Shown one piece after another: positions 26,301 through 38,854 of a stretch of 64,000 bases of DNA (position 1 is the stretch's first letter; each line of letters opens with the position of its first letter). Made by a program: the position numbers and the translations under genes. Under the pieces are notes generated by a model that was given only the letters and a program-made list of their open reading frames with translations, ran no database searches and was not told where the DNA came from. Origin of the DNA: Octopus bimaculoides (Eukaryota); assembly GCF_001194135.2 (NCBI RefSeq), contig NC_068999.1, positions 12,557,861 to 12,621,860 of the forward strand, given 5' to 3'.

Positions 26301-27485
26301 TATGAGTCTCGGTTCAAACGTTCGTAGGATGAGCAAGACACTCGCATGGAACGTGACCATATGAGGTTATTTTTCAGCATAGACTCCTTGCGGTCCATAC
26401 ACTGTTTCCACTAATGCTGCATAATGGGATCTCATTGATGAAAGCTATCGTTTTGTTGGTCAAAAAAGTCATCAACAGCACATACGACGTCGCCATCATT
26501 GTGACATTAGTTCCCAGACAAATGTTTTTTTCCATGTCAGGGAACAGATTATAACTAGATATGGCGAAATTAGGACAACAGAGGCTAATCAACTAGTTCA
26601 AAGCTACAGTCCCGCACAACAGCCATTGAAATATGGAGTTTGTGTGCTGAAACATTTTCCTCGGAAAACAAGTTCTTTTTCGTCAGTTTCCCTGGGCGTC
26701 TGATCTTAATAGGCTTTTGGTAACTACCTCAGCAAGTTGGAATTTTATTTCCTATTGACGATGTGGTCTGTTTGAGGATAGCTCATACACACACTGCTTT
26801 TAGCTTCCCAAACCAAACAACTGCAAAAGTTGAGGAGGGATGTTTCCACTGCATGGATAGTTTCGTTGTCTCTGACTGAAAGTGACTCGCATCCTGGATT
26901 AAGAAACCATCAAGCAAGCGAAACGGGTCTGTCTGAAACAATCTTGATTTTTGTCGTGATATTTTCCTCCAGGTGTGTTTTTGATGATATGTAAGTAGCC
27001 GTGAAACTCACCGAGCATAATCTTTTGTCATGTCAAATTCTTTGTTCAGAATGTTCTCAACTTTCGCACGGAATATGTTAATGATATTGGATATTTGATT
27101 TTTAGTCAGTTGCTGGTCATCCATCGCCATCTTGTGAAGACGAACATTTCGGACCTCGGGTCGTCTTCATGGCTCACCTTTCACATCCTAACTTCAACTG
27201 CCCACTTTTGCACCCTTAGTAAACCTGGAGTACCATGACAAACTTGTCAGCATAGATATCCTTAGAGGCTATATCCTTTTTCTGCATGTAATTGATATCA
27301 CCACGATGCCAAATGTTCACGATTTTCAAGAGAATCTGCTACTAGTTGCTTTTGAAGACTTCTTTAATCTACTAATTACTTTCGAGGTGAGAAAGCAGTT
27401 ATTAAATTGAAATTGATACATGCAAATTTCGCCATTCAAAAATAAACTCACTCAGTCAGCCTGTGAACTTGTAGCACCTCTCGTA
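26301..27485 (-). mobile_element. Near full-length decayed mariner element (family A)
   Basis: TIR tacgagaggtgctacaagttcacaggctgact at 27485 and a similar sequence at 26301. Minus-strand peptides FLIQDASHFQSET, IKIRRPGKLTK and WKQCMDRK; the 5' region is homologous to 4640-4680. Confidence 0.85.
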
Positions 27486-27536
27486 GAACAGTGGCAACAC
27501 TACAGTAAACGCCCTCTGATTCATTGGAACTAGTTT

Positions 27537-27706
27537 CATGGGGGGCGAAAGTTCACTCATTTTGAAGAGCAGCCGCTACTGATTACATTTGGGATCTTCT
27601 TTGAACAGTCAGTTACGAAGGGTTGAAATTAACGCATGAAATATTTTTCAGCTCGAGAATTATTCTCTCATGGCAAGCCTATGAACAATTCTGATTCACC
27701 CTCGTT
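27537..27706 (+). mobile_element. Possible miniature (~170 bp) derivative of mariner family A
   Basis: Starts catggggggcgaaagttcact and ends gcctatgaacaattctgattcaccctcgt; both resemble the family A TIRs. Confidence 0.45.
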
Positions 27707-27829
27707 TATAGAATTATACCATTGTAATTTGAATAACGTTAACACGAATTTATAAAAGTGAGAACACCAGTGTATCAAAGAAGTGATTTGTTTCAGAAGA
27801 AAAATGTTCGTACATATGCATGCATTCAT

Positions 27830-27890
27830 ACATTCATACATACATACATACATACATACATACTTACATACATACATACATACATACATA
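27830..27890. repeat. (TACA)n microsatellite
   Basis: Directly visible. Confidence 0.95.
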
Positions 27891-29004
27891 GTTCAAGCGT
27901 AAGTATCTCGGATACTTAGTATCGAAATATGTATGGTAAAGAACCCAACAAGAAGGCCTTGATGTTGTTGTTCTATATGCTAGATATGACAAAGGAATAT
28001 TCTACACGGAACGTATAATATTATAGAAATGTCAATTTAAATGTTTTAGCTTGTAGCAATGTCTGTCTGCTGAAATCACGGATGTTGACTACTGGAATTC
28101 GCTGAAGAAAGGTCTGCTTATTCAGGGTTGAAATGAGATAATACAGGAAAACGCACAGAGAACTATTGAGTTGTAACAGCGTTTCTAGACCACAAACAAA
28201 TACGCATAGACACACATACACAATAATATCTCCCTGACCAAAAGTAATTTGTTTTGTTATTTTTGTATGTTGCTTATGTTAACTGGCCTAAATAATGTTT
28301 AGGCAAGTTGCCATATATGTCAAGTGATGTATTGTCAGTTTATATATCCAGAATCTTTATATAAGATAACAAAGCATTAAACAAGTTGATTAGAATTTCT
28401 CAGGTAATTTCACATTGAACGTCATAAATACTAGAAACGATATAGTAATTTTTTTTTTCCTTTTTTCTTTATTAGTACTTTTTTGTCACAGATGTTTGTG
28501 AGTTTGAATTTGATAATTTGGTTGATTAATTCCATTGTGATTGTTTATTTTTATGTTTGTTTATTAGTATTTTTTTTGTATTAACCATTCTCAACGTCTC
28601 ATTATCACAGACTTTAGACTCACTTGTGTATTGTTAATGGATTAATGGCAACGGCGTCCGTTAATTCCTTCCCTCAATTTCTATTAACTCAATTTAGGCC
28701 AAACAAGTTATAAAAATAAGTGAAACAGACATAATTTGCTTCCGAAATATAAAGAAATCGTTAACACATTTAAATCAGCGAATATTATTATTTCTCTTTT
28801 CTTTTATTTCGTTTCTGTCACAATCCGGAAGTTAGTATAAAGTAATTAAGTCTATTTCTACCATTACCTACTTCCCAGTGAGAGTAAGAACGAAAGACGA
28901 TTCCAAAGTAAGACTGGTTTGTTAAGTCTGCCTACGCCACACGAAACTTGGTGAAAGATATTTCAAATAAGACTTATTGAACTTTGCAAACAGGCATAAT
29001 TGAA

Positions 29005-29392
29005 TAATTTTGTATAGAAAGCTACACCAATGCCAGAACGGGACGACACTGCATAGTGCCAAAATCCCAGCAATGCCATCGCGCTTCAGGACCAGTTACT
29101 GCAACAGCTTGGGATTCAGGGGCCCACAGCTTTTTAATATTCTCCCAAAGAGCCTGAGGAATCTGCACAAAGTAGGTGTAGGAGTTTTTAAATCAAAGTT
29201 GGACCTCTTCCTATCGAGAGTCCCAGATGAACCTACCTCGAGGCAGGAGGTGCAAATTAGGGTTGCTAAATCAAACTCCATTCTTCACCAAGTGCCATTG
29301 TAAGAGGCTCCCTGTATTAACAGTCTAGCAACACGGTGGTGCATCAGCATGGCCGCAGCTCTGAGCTGAAACTTTAAAAAAAACAAAAAACA
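29005..29392 (+). mobile_element. 5'-truncated CR1/L2-type LINE: ORF2 C-terminus, 3' UTR and A-rich tail
   Basis: Uninterrupted frame ...CNSLGFRGPQLFNILPKSLRNLHKVGVGVFKSKLDLFLSRVPDEP... (N-LP..R..FK..LD.FL..PD-P pattern of CR1-group ORF2 ends), stop at 29303, short UTR with hairpin, then an A-rich tail. Confidence 0.8.
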
Positions 29393-29514
29393 ATACTTAT
29401 GTATATATTTCTAACATACACACATTATCTAAGTAAGAGTAGTCACGGTGGAATGATATTGAATCAATTCCTTCCCGTCTTAAACTGAAATTATTTCACG
29501 TAGCCTGGAATGTT

Positions 29515-29585
29515 CGGTTCAACCACATCAGGTTTGGAAATCGTTGTGAAGGTGCCCCAACTAAACACTACAAAGACCAACCTGA
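29515..29585 (+). mobile_element. Possible RTE-clade LINE C-terminal fragment
   Basis: RFGNRCEGAPTKHYKDQ resembles the G.R..G.P..R(Y/W)KD motif of RTE ORF ends; short. Confidence 0.4.
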
Positions 29586-30184
29586 TATAACTATCAACTG
29601 CATCTTACCATTGCTTTGCATGACTATATACTTTCTTTCATTTCCAATGTGCTGGAGTATATTATATCCCGAAAAGCAAATTAATAAGGCATTCATTGTT
29701 TCCATTCTATAAGATTATAACCAAGTTGTTGTAATATATATTTCAATTCAATTGATTAGAATCCTAATCAATTTTGTTTTATTTTGTGTTAGTGGCAATG
29801 TATAGAAAATAAAAATGGAAATCATTTGCTATGATTCATATATGATACAAATATGTCTAAAAGCGGATTATGTATATCATATTAAGCTATGCTGTCATTA
29901 AATCAGTAAATCTTTGTTTATACATTGCGTTTACTGGTAAGAATGACAAAATCTACAAGGGTAGCATCATATATGACCAACACTATTTATTGTTACAACG
30001 TGTTACGTAGATGATTCCTCTCACAATCCGCAAATAACAGCATGTATTACCAGTATTTTCATAATAAGATGCTAATAACCTTTTTACACTATATTTTAGC
30101 TTTCAGCTCCTTGATAGTTTAGCAATAAAAACCGAAATTTTGCAAGGATAAAATAAAACATGTTTCTCCAGCTCGCTTTTGCTC

Positions 30185-30545
30185 TGTGTTAATCAACACA
30201 CGATGTGCAGTGTAATAAAAGGAAGATTATCGCAGAAGGTAGTGTTTGTTTGCGGAAGATACACAGGAGCCATAGAAGCTAAAGATACTCGGGAAATCAA
30301 TTCTCTGAAATACGTTGGAGGGTCTCTAGATGTAGAGAAACTAATTAGCAGTAGGAGAGGTTACAAAGAACGTGCAATTACGAGCATAAGAATTGGATGT
30401 AAACAATGAGTGATCCATTACCTTTATTGGCAACTAAAATGCTCCCTCATTAAGTGAAATGAAGATTGCGTTGGGCATGTATACGAAAAGCAATGCTACA
30501 TGTGGACCCTGAATGAAGAAGACATGTGAAGGATACAGAGCCTGA
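30185..30545 (+). mobile_element. RTE-clade LINE reverse-transcriptase fragment, decayed
   Basis: HTMCSVIKGRLSQKVVFVCGRYTGAI...LISSRRG...SIRIG...PLLATK...ACIRKAMLH..LNEEDM*RI matches from memory the late-RT region of RTE elements (YLG..ISSGGG..RIR.GW..F.ELLPLL..K.RLY.ACVR.AMLHG). Confidence 0.7.
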
Positions 30546-31244
30546 TTAATCAATACGATAATCCTCTACTAGACTACCAAAACCACCTCTAATTTCTTTT
30601 GTCTTAAACATTCTGAGTGATAAATCATTCTCAATTCCCCAAACTATATAGTAGTTATTAGTATACCATAATTTCGATCGACTTGTACAATAGTGAATTC
30701 AAATTTAAATCTAGTCCTTGCAGCTGGAAATCAATCCTGATTTGTGGGAACATGCCGTAACGCGATCTAATTCAAACAAAGCCATATTCGCTGTAACTAT
30801 ATCTGGATCTGTTAACACCGACATAATATTTTCCCATTCAACCACTGTAAGCTTATGAAAAATATGCGTAAATAACTGGTGTATTCATTATTTGAAATCG
30901 CAAAACCTTTTACGTAACCAGCTCGCCCATTGTAGCAAACTTGAGAAACTGTATACATCTAACTCTTTACATCAATATATTTTTCTGCTAAGCATTCAAC
31001 CGTCATTAAGAATGTAGTAAGATGACTCAATGATCTTTTATTTCTCATTTAAATATCAGTCAGCATAAGCAAATTGAAGAGGTTGTTTCCACAAACATAC
31101 ATATATAAAGGAATCGTTTGTTTATGGGTATTGTAATATATTTTCCACTCATTCATTCTGAATATTGATTGAAAATATTTGGTCAGTTCTAATGAAAAAT
31201 GCATTTAAAAAGGTAAAATGGATATCATTCGATCATGAATGACC

Positions 31245-31500
31245 TAGAAGGTTACCCGCCGAGGCACAAGTCCGGGCAAGGTTCTTTATGGAAGATCAGT
31301 AGTCACCAATGCGTAGCGGTTGCCCCATTCTAGGCCACGGATGAAATCCAAGGGAAAAACAAAGGCCGACACAGGTTGGTACCAGTGACGTCGCAACTCA
31401 TTTCTACAGCTTAGTGAACAGGTGCAACGTGAAATAAAGTGTCTTGCTCAAGTGCAGAACACGCAATCTGGTCCAGAGATTGAAGACCTAATGGTTCTGT
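31245..31500 (-). mobile_element. CORE-type SINE (family D here)
   Basis: Minus strand ttgagcaagacactttatttcacgttgcacctgttcactaagctgtagaaatgag is a CORE-like segment following a decayed tRNA head. Confidence 0.65.
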
Positions 31501-32343
31501 GCCAGACATTATAGTCATTGAACAGCGTCACCCACAAAAACAAAATTGCATCTATGCAACTAATTATCCCTTTTCAGTTGTCCTTACATTTTATATAGTT
31601 ACTTTATTCTTTGGTGAGATTTTCTTACCTCACACATGTATAATATTGCGTCTTTGGCAAATGAAATTGAAACAAATTACAAATTATTTAGTAAAGAGCG
31701 TCTGATTTTATGCAACAAGCTTTATGTTACACCCTGTACAAACTAGAATAAGACAAAAATAATTCCATGTATATGACAATAATTTCTTAGGTGCGTTATA
31801 AGTGAGGATTTTGTATCACAACTATACCTATTAAGAAAATAAACTTTAAATACAAGACTTTTGGTATATAGCATTCAAAACAACAGAGCAGTAATCAATA
31901 TGTCACTTGGGGCCAAGAAAGCTAGATAAGCCTCTTTCAATTCTATGCCTTATCATAATTCTCTCTCTTCTGCACAAATAGCATTTTAATGATATATCTC
32001 CGCACTGCAATTCTCAATTCCCTGCGATGTTTCCTAGCAATAACGATCTTTACGAATTCAAGATAGGCAACAAATCCATCCCGTAAACAGATGAGCTTAA
32101 ACTTTAAAAAAATATGCCCAGAATACTTTCTCGACAAAATAATGGGGATAAACAAATGGAGAATGAACCGGCCTCAGTCCGAGGGCAGTACTGTGCCCGT
32201 CAATAATAAAACGTATCTTAACGGACGTAATAGAATGGTCCATAGAAGCCATGGTAATGCCTGAAGTATTGCTGAAATAATATACCTTGCTCATTATTTC
32301 ATTATAATTATACATACACTATGTGCGTAAAGTCTGTCATACC

Positions 32344-32383
32344 GGCCATGACGAAGGGAAATAGCTCTGAAACTCGAGTCGCC
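32344..32383 (+). ncRNA. Minimal type-I hammerhead ribozyme-like motif, degenerate core
   Basis: ggc CATGACGA AGGG aaatag CTCT GAA AC tcga GT C gcc. Confidence 0.5.
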
Positions 32384-32947
32384 TTTATATATTTATATTT
32401 ATATATTTATATACTTGATCCTTTATATTGAACACTCAATATTTCATCTACATTCAATACTTTCTTTCATGGTGCCATCCATTTTTTTTTTTTATTTTAT
32501 TTTATATTATATATTGTATATTATATTATATATTGTATATTCCATATTCTATACCCCACGTTGGTTCTGCAGGAATATAAATAAAACATAAAACACAGAC
32601 AGTGTTGGAACTCTTTTAAACAAAATAATATATTCCTCTATACACAATCATACAAAAAAACCCACCTTTTTTGTATTTANNNNNNNNNNNNNNNNNNNNN
32701 NNNNNNNNNNNNNNNNNNNNNNNNNNNNNNNNNNNNNNNNNNNNNNNNNNNNNNNNNNNNNNNNNNNNNNNNNNNNNNNNNNNNNNNNNNNNNNNNNNNN
32801 NNNNNNNNNNNNNNNNNNNNNNNNNNNNNNNNNNNNNNNNNNNNNNNNNNNNNNNNNNNNNNNNNNNNNNNNNNNNNNNNNNNNNNNNNNNNNNNNNNNN
32901 NNNNNNNNNNNNNNNNNNNNNNNNNNNNNNNNNNNNNTATATATACA

Positions 32948-33300
32948 TGTTACAGTCATTTGACTGCGGCTATACTGGACAACGGCCGTTAGTGGGAGAA
33001 ATCGACACCAGGATCTGTTTTGCCGAAACGCTAAGTTTCGGGGGGCGTAAACGCAACATTCGTTGTCAAGTGATGGCCGGGGAAAAAGCACAAACGAAGA
33101 CACGGACACAGACACACAGACACGCAGTCAGACACACACACACACATACACATATCCACTCGAAAAATCCAAATCCACTAGCATGGATTTGGTTGTCTCG
33201 AAACCATAGTAGAAGACGACTGCCCAAGGTGCCACGCAGTGGGACTCAACCTGGAATAATGTGGGTGGGAAGCAAGCTTTCCACGCAGCCAAACCTGCGA
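32948..33300 (-). mobile_element. SINE family A, internally deleted
   Basis: cagtcatttgactgcggc...ttttgccgaaacgctaag...gttgtcaagtgatg...ccaaggtgccacgcagtgggactcaacc...ccacgcagcc. Confidence 0.85.
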
Positions 33301-34348
33301 ATATATACAATGTTGACTAAAAGTCACGTGATAGTAAATAAAAACCATTTTATGCCAAGAGTTATCTATCTTGAACAACTAAACGAATTTAATAAAAATG
33401 TCTAAATATGAAACAGCAGAGAAAGAGCAAAGACCATTTGACTAGAACTTTGACAAGGTAATACTGTCAAAAACTATCGCAAAATGCTTAATATTTTGGT
33501 AGGGAATTCCCATTACAGTCGTATCCACAAAAATAAACACTTTTCTTTTTAAAGCATGCAGGAAGCTATCGCTTCCATTTATATCCTACACCCAAATTTA
33601 AAAAAAAGAAGAGAGAAAAGTCACTAAGCTCTTTGATAAACGTTGTTGTACGTCCCGGTTTTGTTTGAATTAAGAAAAATAATTGTATAATATAATACTA
33701 GTGTCCAAAACATTTTTCTTCCTCAAAAATTATTTCCGCTATCATCATCGAGTTAATAATTTTCTTATTACAAAAACTGTTTTATTTTTCTTGTTCATGT
33801 TTTAGTCTGACACGTCATTGTTGTTAAGGTGCTGACATAGCAAAATAGTAATTTTAAGAGATATGGGAAGGCAATTCTCTGAAGGAGTTAAATGTTTAAA
33901 CTATGAAAAAAAAAAAAAAAAATGAACTGTACGAATTTTGAAAAATTGTTTCATTAATGAAGGTATTGAAATGTTGTATGACATCTGGGGAAAAAGAAAC
34001 TCATTGGTTGATTGGCAGCCTCTTTTAAGTGAATACCACATAAACTTTAGAATTTTCAAAACTAGAGAAAATGAAATCCTTGACGTGTGTATTGGCACTG
34101 TAAAATGGCTTGTGTTTACGGATTGCAACTATGGGCATATCCGATTCTAGAGCACAAAGTGACTATCAACAGGACTATGAAGAAGAATGCATTATAAAAG
34201 AAGAAATATGATTAAAAGACGATAATAGTGAAATAATGCGATGTATGAATTTAGGATTGCTTAATTTACTGAACAACAATAAAAGGATATTGATCGCAAA
34301 CTAGACATGATTATACTTCGTCGTTCTGATCTAACATCATTGATATAA

Positions 34349-35190
34349 TACAAACGAGGTGTTAGAAAAGTCCAAAGACTAGTTTTGTAGCTTACCAACA
34401 GGTGTCAGCGCGTGATTGCGTGTGCAAAGAGAGGGAGCACTGTCCCTCATGAGACAGTGTTCCGATTGACATCATTGTGTTTACTTCGCAAGTTGTGAAA
34501 TTTGTGTCTCTGTGACCTCATGTATGCGATTTTAGCCATGGACAGAAAGCTGGAACAGGGAGCCAACGTGGCATTATGTGTTAAATATGGAAAGTCTAGT
34601 ACAAAGAAATGGAACAGGCTTCGTCAAGCTTGCAGGCAATGTTTCAGGTCAGACCGGCGCTTCAATAGCGGAGACCTGTGACCAGCGTCACCCTAGAGAT
34701 GTGGCTTTGTGCATCGTAAATACGTAGCGCAAGACCAGAACTCCTATGAAGAGTTCTACTGCGACAGTTTGAAGCGCTTGATGGAAGGCATTCGGTGAAA
34801 TCAATCCAATCAGTGGAACCCGAATGATTAGATTCTCCACGACGGCAATGCACCACGCCGCCGGGCTTTCCTAACTGGTGAGTTTCTCGCCAAAAACAAC
34901 CTCGCATCCGCCCAATTTGCTACATTTAGCACCGGCGTATTGCTATCTATTTTTCGAGAAGAAAATGCGACTCAGTTTTAACACCGTTGTCAAGATCAAG
35001 AGCACACCGGGAGAAGATACTCGACTCGCTAACGGAAAACGACTTCCAAACCGGATTCCAATAGTAGCTGGAAGCGGTATAATGCTGTATAAGGTGATGA
35101 TTTCGAAGGAGATGCTGTTAAACTTAGGCAAATAATAATTTATTTTTATTAAACATACATATGCTCGGAAGACTTTGATACCAATACGTA
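34349..35190 (+). mobile_element. Deleted mariner element (family B) with both TIR remnants
   Basis: MDRKLEQGANVALCVKYGKS N-terminus and ILHDGNAPRR catalytic remnant. Left end tacaaacgaggtgttagaaaagtccaaagactag; right end ctcggaagactttgataccaatacgta. Confidence 0.85.
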
Positions 35191-35391
35191 TTTACTCAGA
35201 AAAAATAGACTTATTTCGTTGTATTCGTTACTGAAACGTTCTTTTCAAATGAAGATAATTGATTTCTAAACATTCCTAACACTAGATATCTCCTTCCGGA
35301 AGAATTTGAGTTATGACCATTGTTCATTAATCTTTATTCTGACTAATTTAATGTACGAGGAGTATTACATCATTACATGTACCTGAGAATA

Positions 35392-35430
35392 CACCTTATG
35401 ACTCTCATTCTATCAGCATACACGCATACG

Positions 35431-35471
<41 letters not shown>

Positions 35472-35775
35472 NNNNNNNNNNNNNNNNNNNNNNNNNNNNN
35501 NNNNNNNNNNNNNNNNNNNNNNNNNNNNNNNNNNNNNNNNNNNNNNNNNNNNNNNNNNNNNNNNNNNNNNNNNNNNNNNNNNNNNNNNNNNNNNNNNNNN
35601 NNNNNNNNNNNNNNNNNNNNNNNNNNNNNNNNNNNNNNNNNNNNNNNNNNNNNNNNNNNNNNNNNNNNNNNNNNNNNNNNNNNNNNNNNNNNNNNNNNNN
35701 NNNNNNNNNNNNNNNNNNNNNNNNNATATACACGTACGTATGTGTGTATGCTGATAGAATGAGAGTCATAAGGTG
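35392..35775. repeat. 49-bp inverted repeat flanking (TA)n and an N-gap
   Basis: Arms 35392-35440 and 35727-35775 are reverse complements with 2 mismatches. Confidence 0.9.
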
Positions 35776-35784
35776 ATTTCGAAG

Positions 35785-35822
<38 letters not shown>

Positions 35823-36617
35823 TACATACATTCACACTCACTCGCACACAAGCACACATATATTAAAGAACAGAAACCAAATCTCTCGATGTTTGAGTCT
35901 TCCCAATTTATCATTGTGCAGACAATATCCTGGAACAATCAAGAATCCATAAAGAATACGTGTATATTAACAAATATGAGCCACACCTCAGTTGTCATTG
36001 ACAAAACATCAATAATACACCTTTCATATTTTCCTATGAATTAAATATCGGAGAATTTCTGCTTGGGATCGTTCTTAACAAAGCTAAAATCCATGTAGCA
36101 GCTACCGTCTATTTTATGTACTCTAAAACGTGTTATATTCCTCATCCCATATCTTGTTAAAAAAAAGGAAAGACATATTTTAGCATAATCATGGGGATTG
36201 AAGTAGCAGCAACTACAACCATTATTCAGAAGTATAATTAAGAGTTATCAATAACACTTTTATTTAAACAATATTTATATTCTTGATTCATATCTCACTC
36301 TTCTAACTGTCAAAAGATATGTTCAGTGGAGGAAATCTTTTATATGAGCTTCTTGCGTGACTGCAATATGTGCTTAATACATAAATATTCACCCAACAAT
36401 TCAATCGTTAGCAAGTAGCGTTCTGATCCATAATCTTACTTTAAAAACAAACTATTTTTTGGCAACTACCAAACTAGATATATTTCGCGACACAGCCTCA
36501 TATTTTATGCCCGTCTGAAAATCTAATGAGGAACTAGTCATGTGAGATCCAATATTTTGTAATATATTTAAATTCTAATTAATTCTAATATATCCAGTGT
36601 TAATTTATATATGTACG

Positions 36618-36661
<44 letters not shown>

Positions 36662-36674
36662 TGTATGTATGTAA

Positions 36675-36710
<36 letters not shown>

Positions 36711-37401
36711 ATACATATATATCGATAGACATATAGGTAAATATCTACATACAGACATAGCAGCCACAAAGCGACAAAGACAACACACACCTATATACGT
36801 GTCTCTTCGTGCCAAACCCATATGGTAAGATTTTAAGTTAAGATGTCATTTACTTCAGATCTCTAAAGTTTGTTAATATATTTCATTGTGACAATGGCTT
36901 TTATTAAAAGATGACCTTTTAAGCACAGTTCATAACGTAATGTCTTATAAAACAAACACACTGTAACATAATCAATGAGAAAACGGGTGACCCAGTAAAC
37001 TATGTTAGAGACTCTTATCTGAGACGTGGTAAGGAAATTTACTGAAAATATATTCTGATAATTGGTTATCTGCTGACATTTCAGATATTTTGGCTCAGAC
37101 ATATTCATAAATATCATTGGAGAAGTACGTATTTATCATTGTAAGCACACTCTCGCACATACACTAAGAGGCAAACATACACCTTTACACACGCCTACGC
37201 ATTTGCATAAACATGCGACACTGGTCGACACTAACTAATCTAGTGAATAGTGAATATGTACACGTGTATATATGGATTTTTATATCGATATATGCATATG
37301 TGTGTATGCGTATATGTATGTGTATACATACGTACCGACTCGCATGTATATATATATATATATATACACCCAACCACACCCAGATATATAAGCAGACATT
37401 T

Positions 37402-37457
<56 letters not shown>

Positions 37458-38084
37458 GTGTGTGTGTGCGTTTATATCAATATACAAGTATATATATACA
37501 TATATACGGATATGTAAAATTGTGGACAAACACATAACCATATATGGATATACATATACAAATAGATACACGTATACATATGCACATACATAAACATACT
37601 CATATACATATGCACACACGTGTGCAAGCAAACATATACGGGTGTATGCGTTTTCGGGTAAGTCCGTGTGTGAATCTTATAATGATAATGTTTCCTCTTG
37701 AAATGATTTAACAAGTTGAGCAATGAAATAGGAAGAACATGAATTTAAATAGGCAGGGAGCCAAAAATCCAGGCATTTGAGCAAAGGTGAGTCAGGAAAA
37801 CATATACATAATCAGTACATAGAGGTCAGATGTAGTTTTATCAGTTAGCAATGCAGCAAATAACTCATTCGCTCATCGACCAGTTAAAAATACGAAAAGT
37901 TGCTTGTTACTGTCACATATCCCAACCTAACACCCTGTCCAGAGCAGGCTGCAAGGTACACGTTAGAGCGCAGAGAATTAAGGCTGAGAAAGAAAATTCA
38001 GGTATGACAATATCAAGACTACTGGCGACAATTGAGAGCAAAGTCGCCGAGAGTGTCACACCAACGACTAGCTGCATCAGTCAA

Positions 38085-38126
38085 GGGATGCTGATGCTGC
38101 TATTGCTGGGGTTGATGATGGTGATG

Positions 38127-38158
<32 letters not shown>

Positions 38159-38288
38159 GATGACGACGACGACGATGATGATGATGATTATGATGATGAT
38201 GATAATGATGATGATGATGATGCTGATGATGATGATGATAATGATGATGATGATGATGACGGTGGTGGTGGTGGTGGTGGTGGTGATA
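38085..38288. repeat. (GAT)n/(GAC)n/(GGT)n trinucleotide tract
   Basis: Directly visible; source of the poly-Met ORF. Confidence 0.95.
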
Positions 38289-38854
38289 TAAAATTATATA
38301 AAAGAAAAGATTGATAGTGTAAAATACACGAAAACTATGATATTGGCATATATCTTTTTCTCTGAATGATGAATCAAAACTCTATGAAGATACGTATGGA
38401 TAAATATATGCATTAAAGGTTCGCTTTTATCAGAAAATGATACAGAGAATTGTAAAAATGAGCATTAATATTATCGTTGTTAAACACCAAAGACTCTCAC
38501 GATGATTTTTTTCAATACTGACTGTACCAAGATAAGGAAAGATAGAAAGGAAGTTCAAAACAGCAACTAATATTCATAAAATGTGTAAAAAATGTTTTAA
38601 AATTTCAGGCTGGCATTAATTCATTAATTGTCTTTTATTGAGAAATTAACCTTTTTTATGAAATTAAAGCTATGTTTTTGTGTATTTCTGAGTGCACGTG
38701 TACACATGCACACACACACACGCACACACACACACACATATAGTCACATGCACACGCACACATATTCATGTATGATTGTATGCGTGTGTGTGTGTGTTCT
38801 GTGTGAGCTACAATGTTTTTTAAAGATTACCGCAATGTCATCAATTTCGTAGAG

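Noticed and set aside
37851-38291. 146-aa ORF with poly-Met
   Set aside because: The C-terminal half is a (GAT)n tract and the N-terminal half has no recognisable domain.
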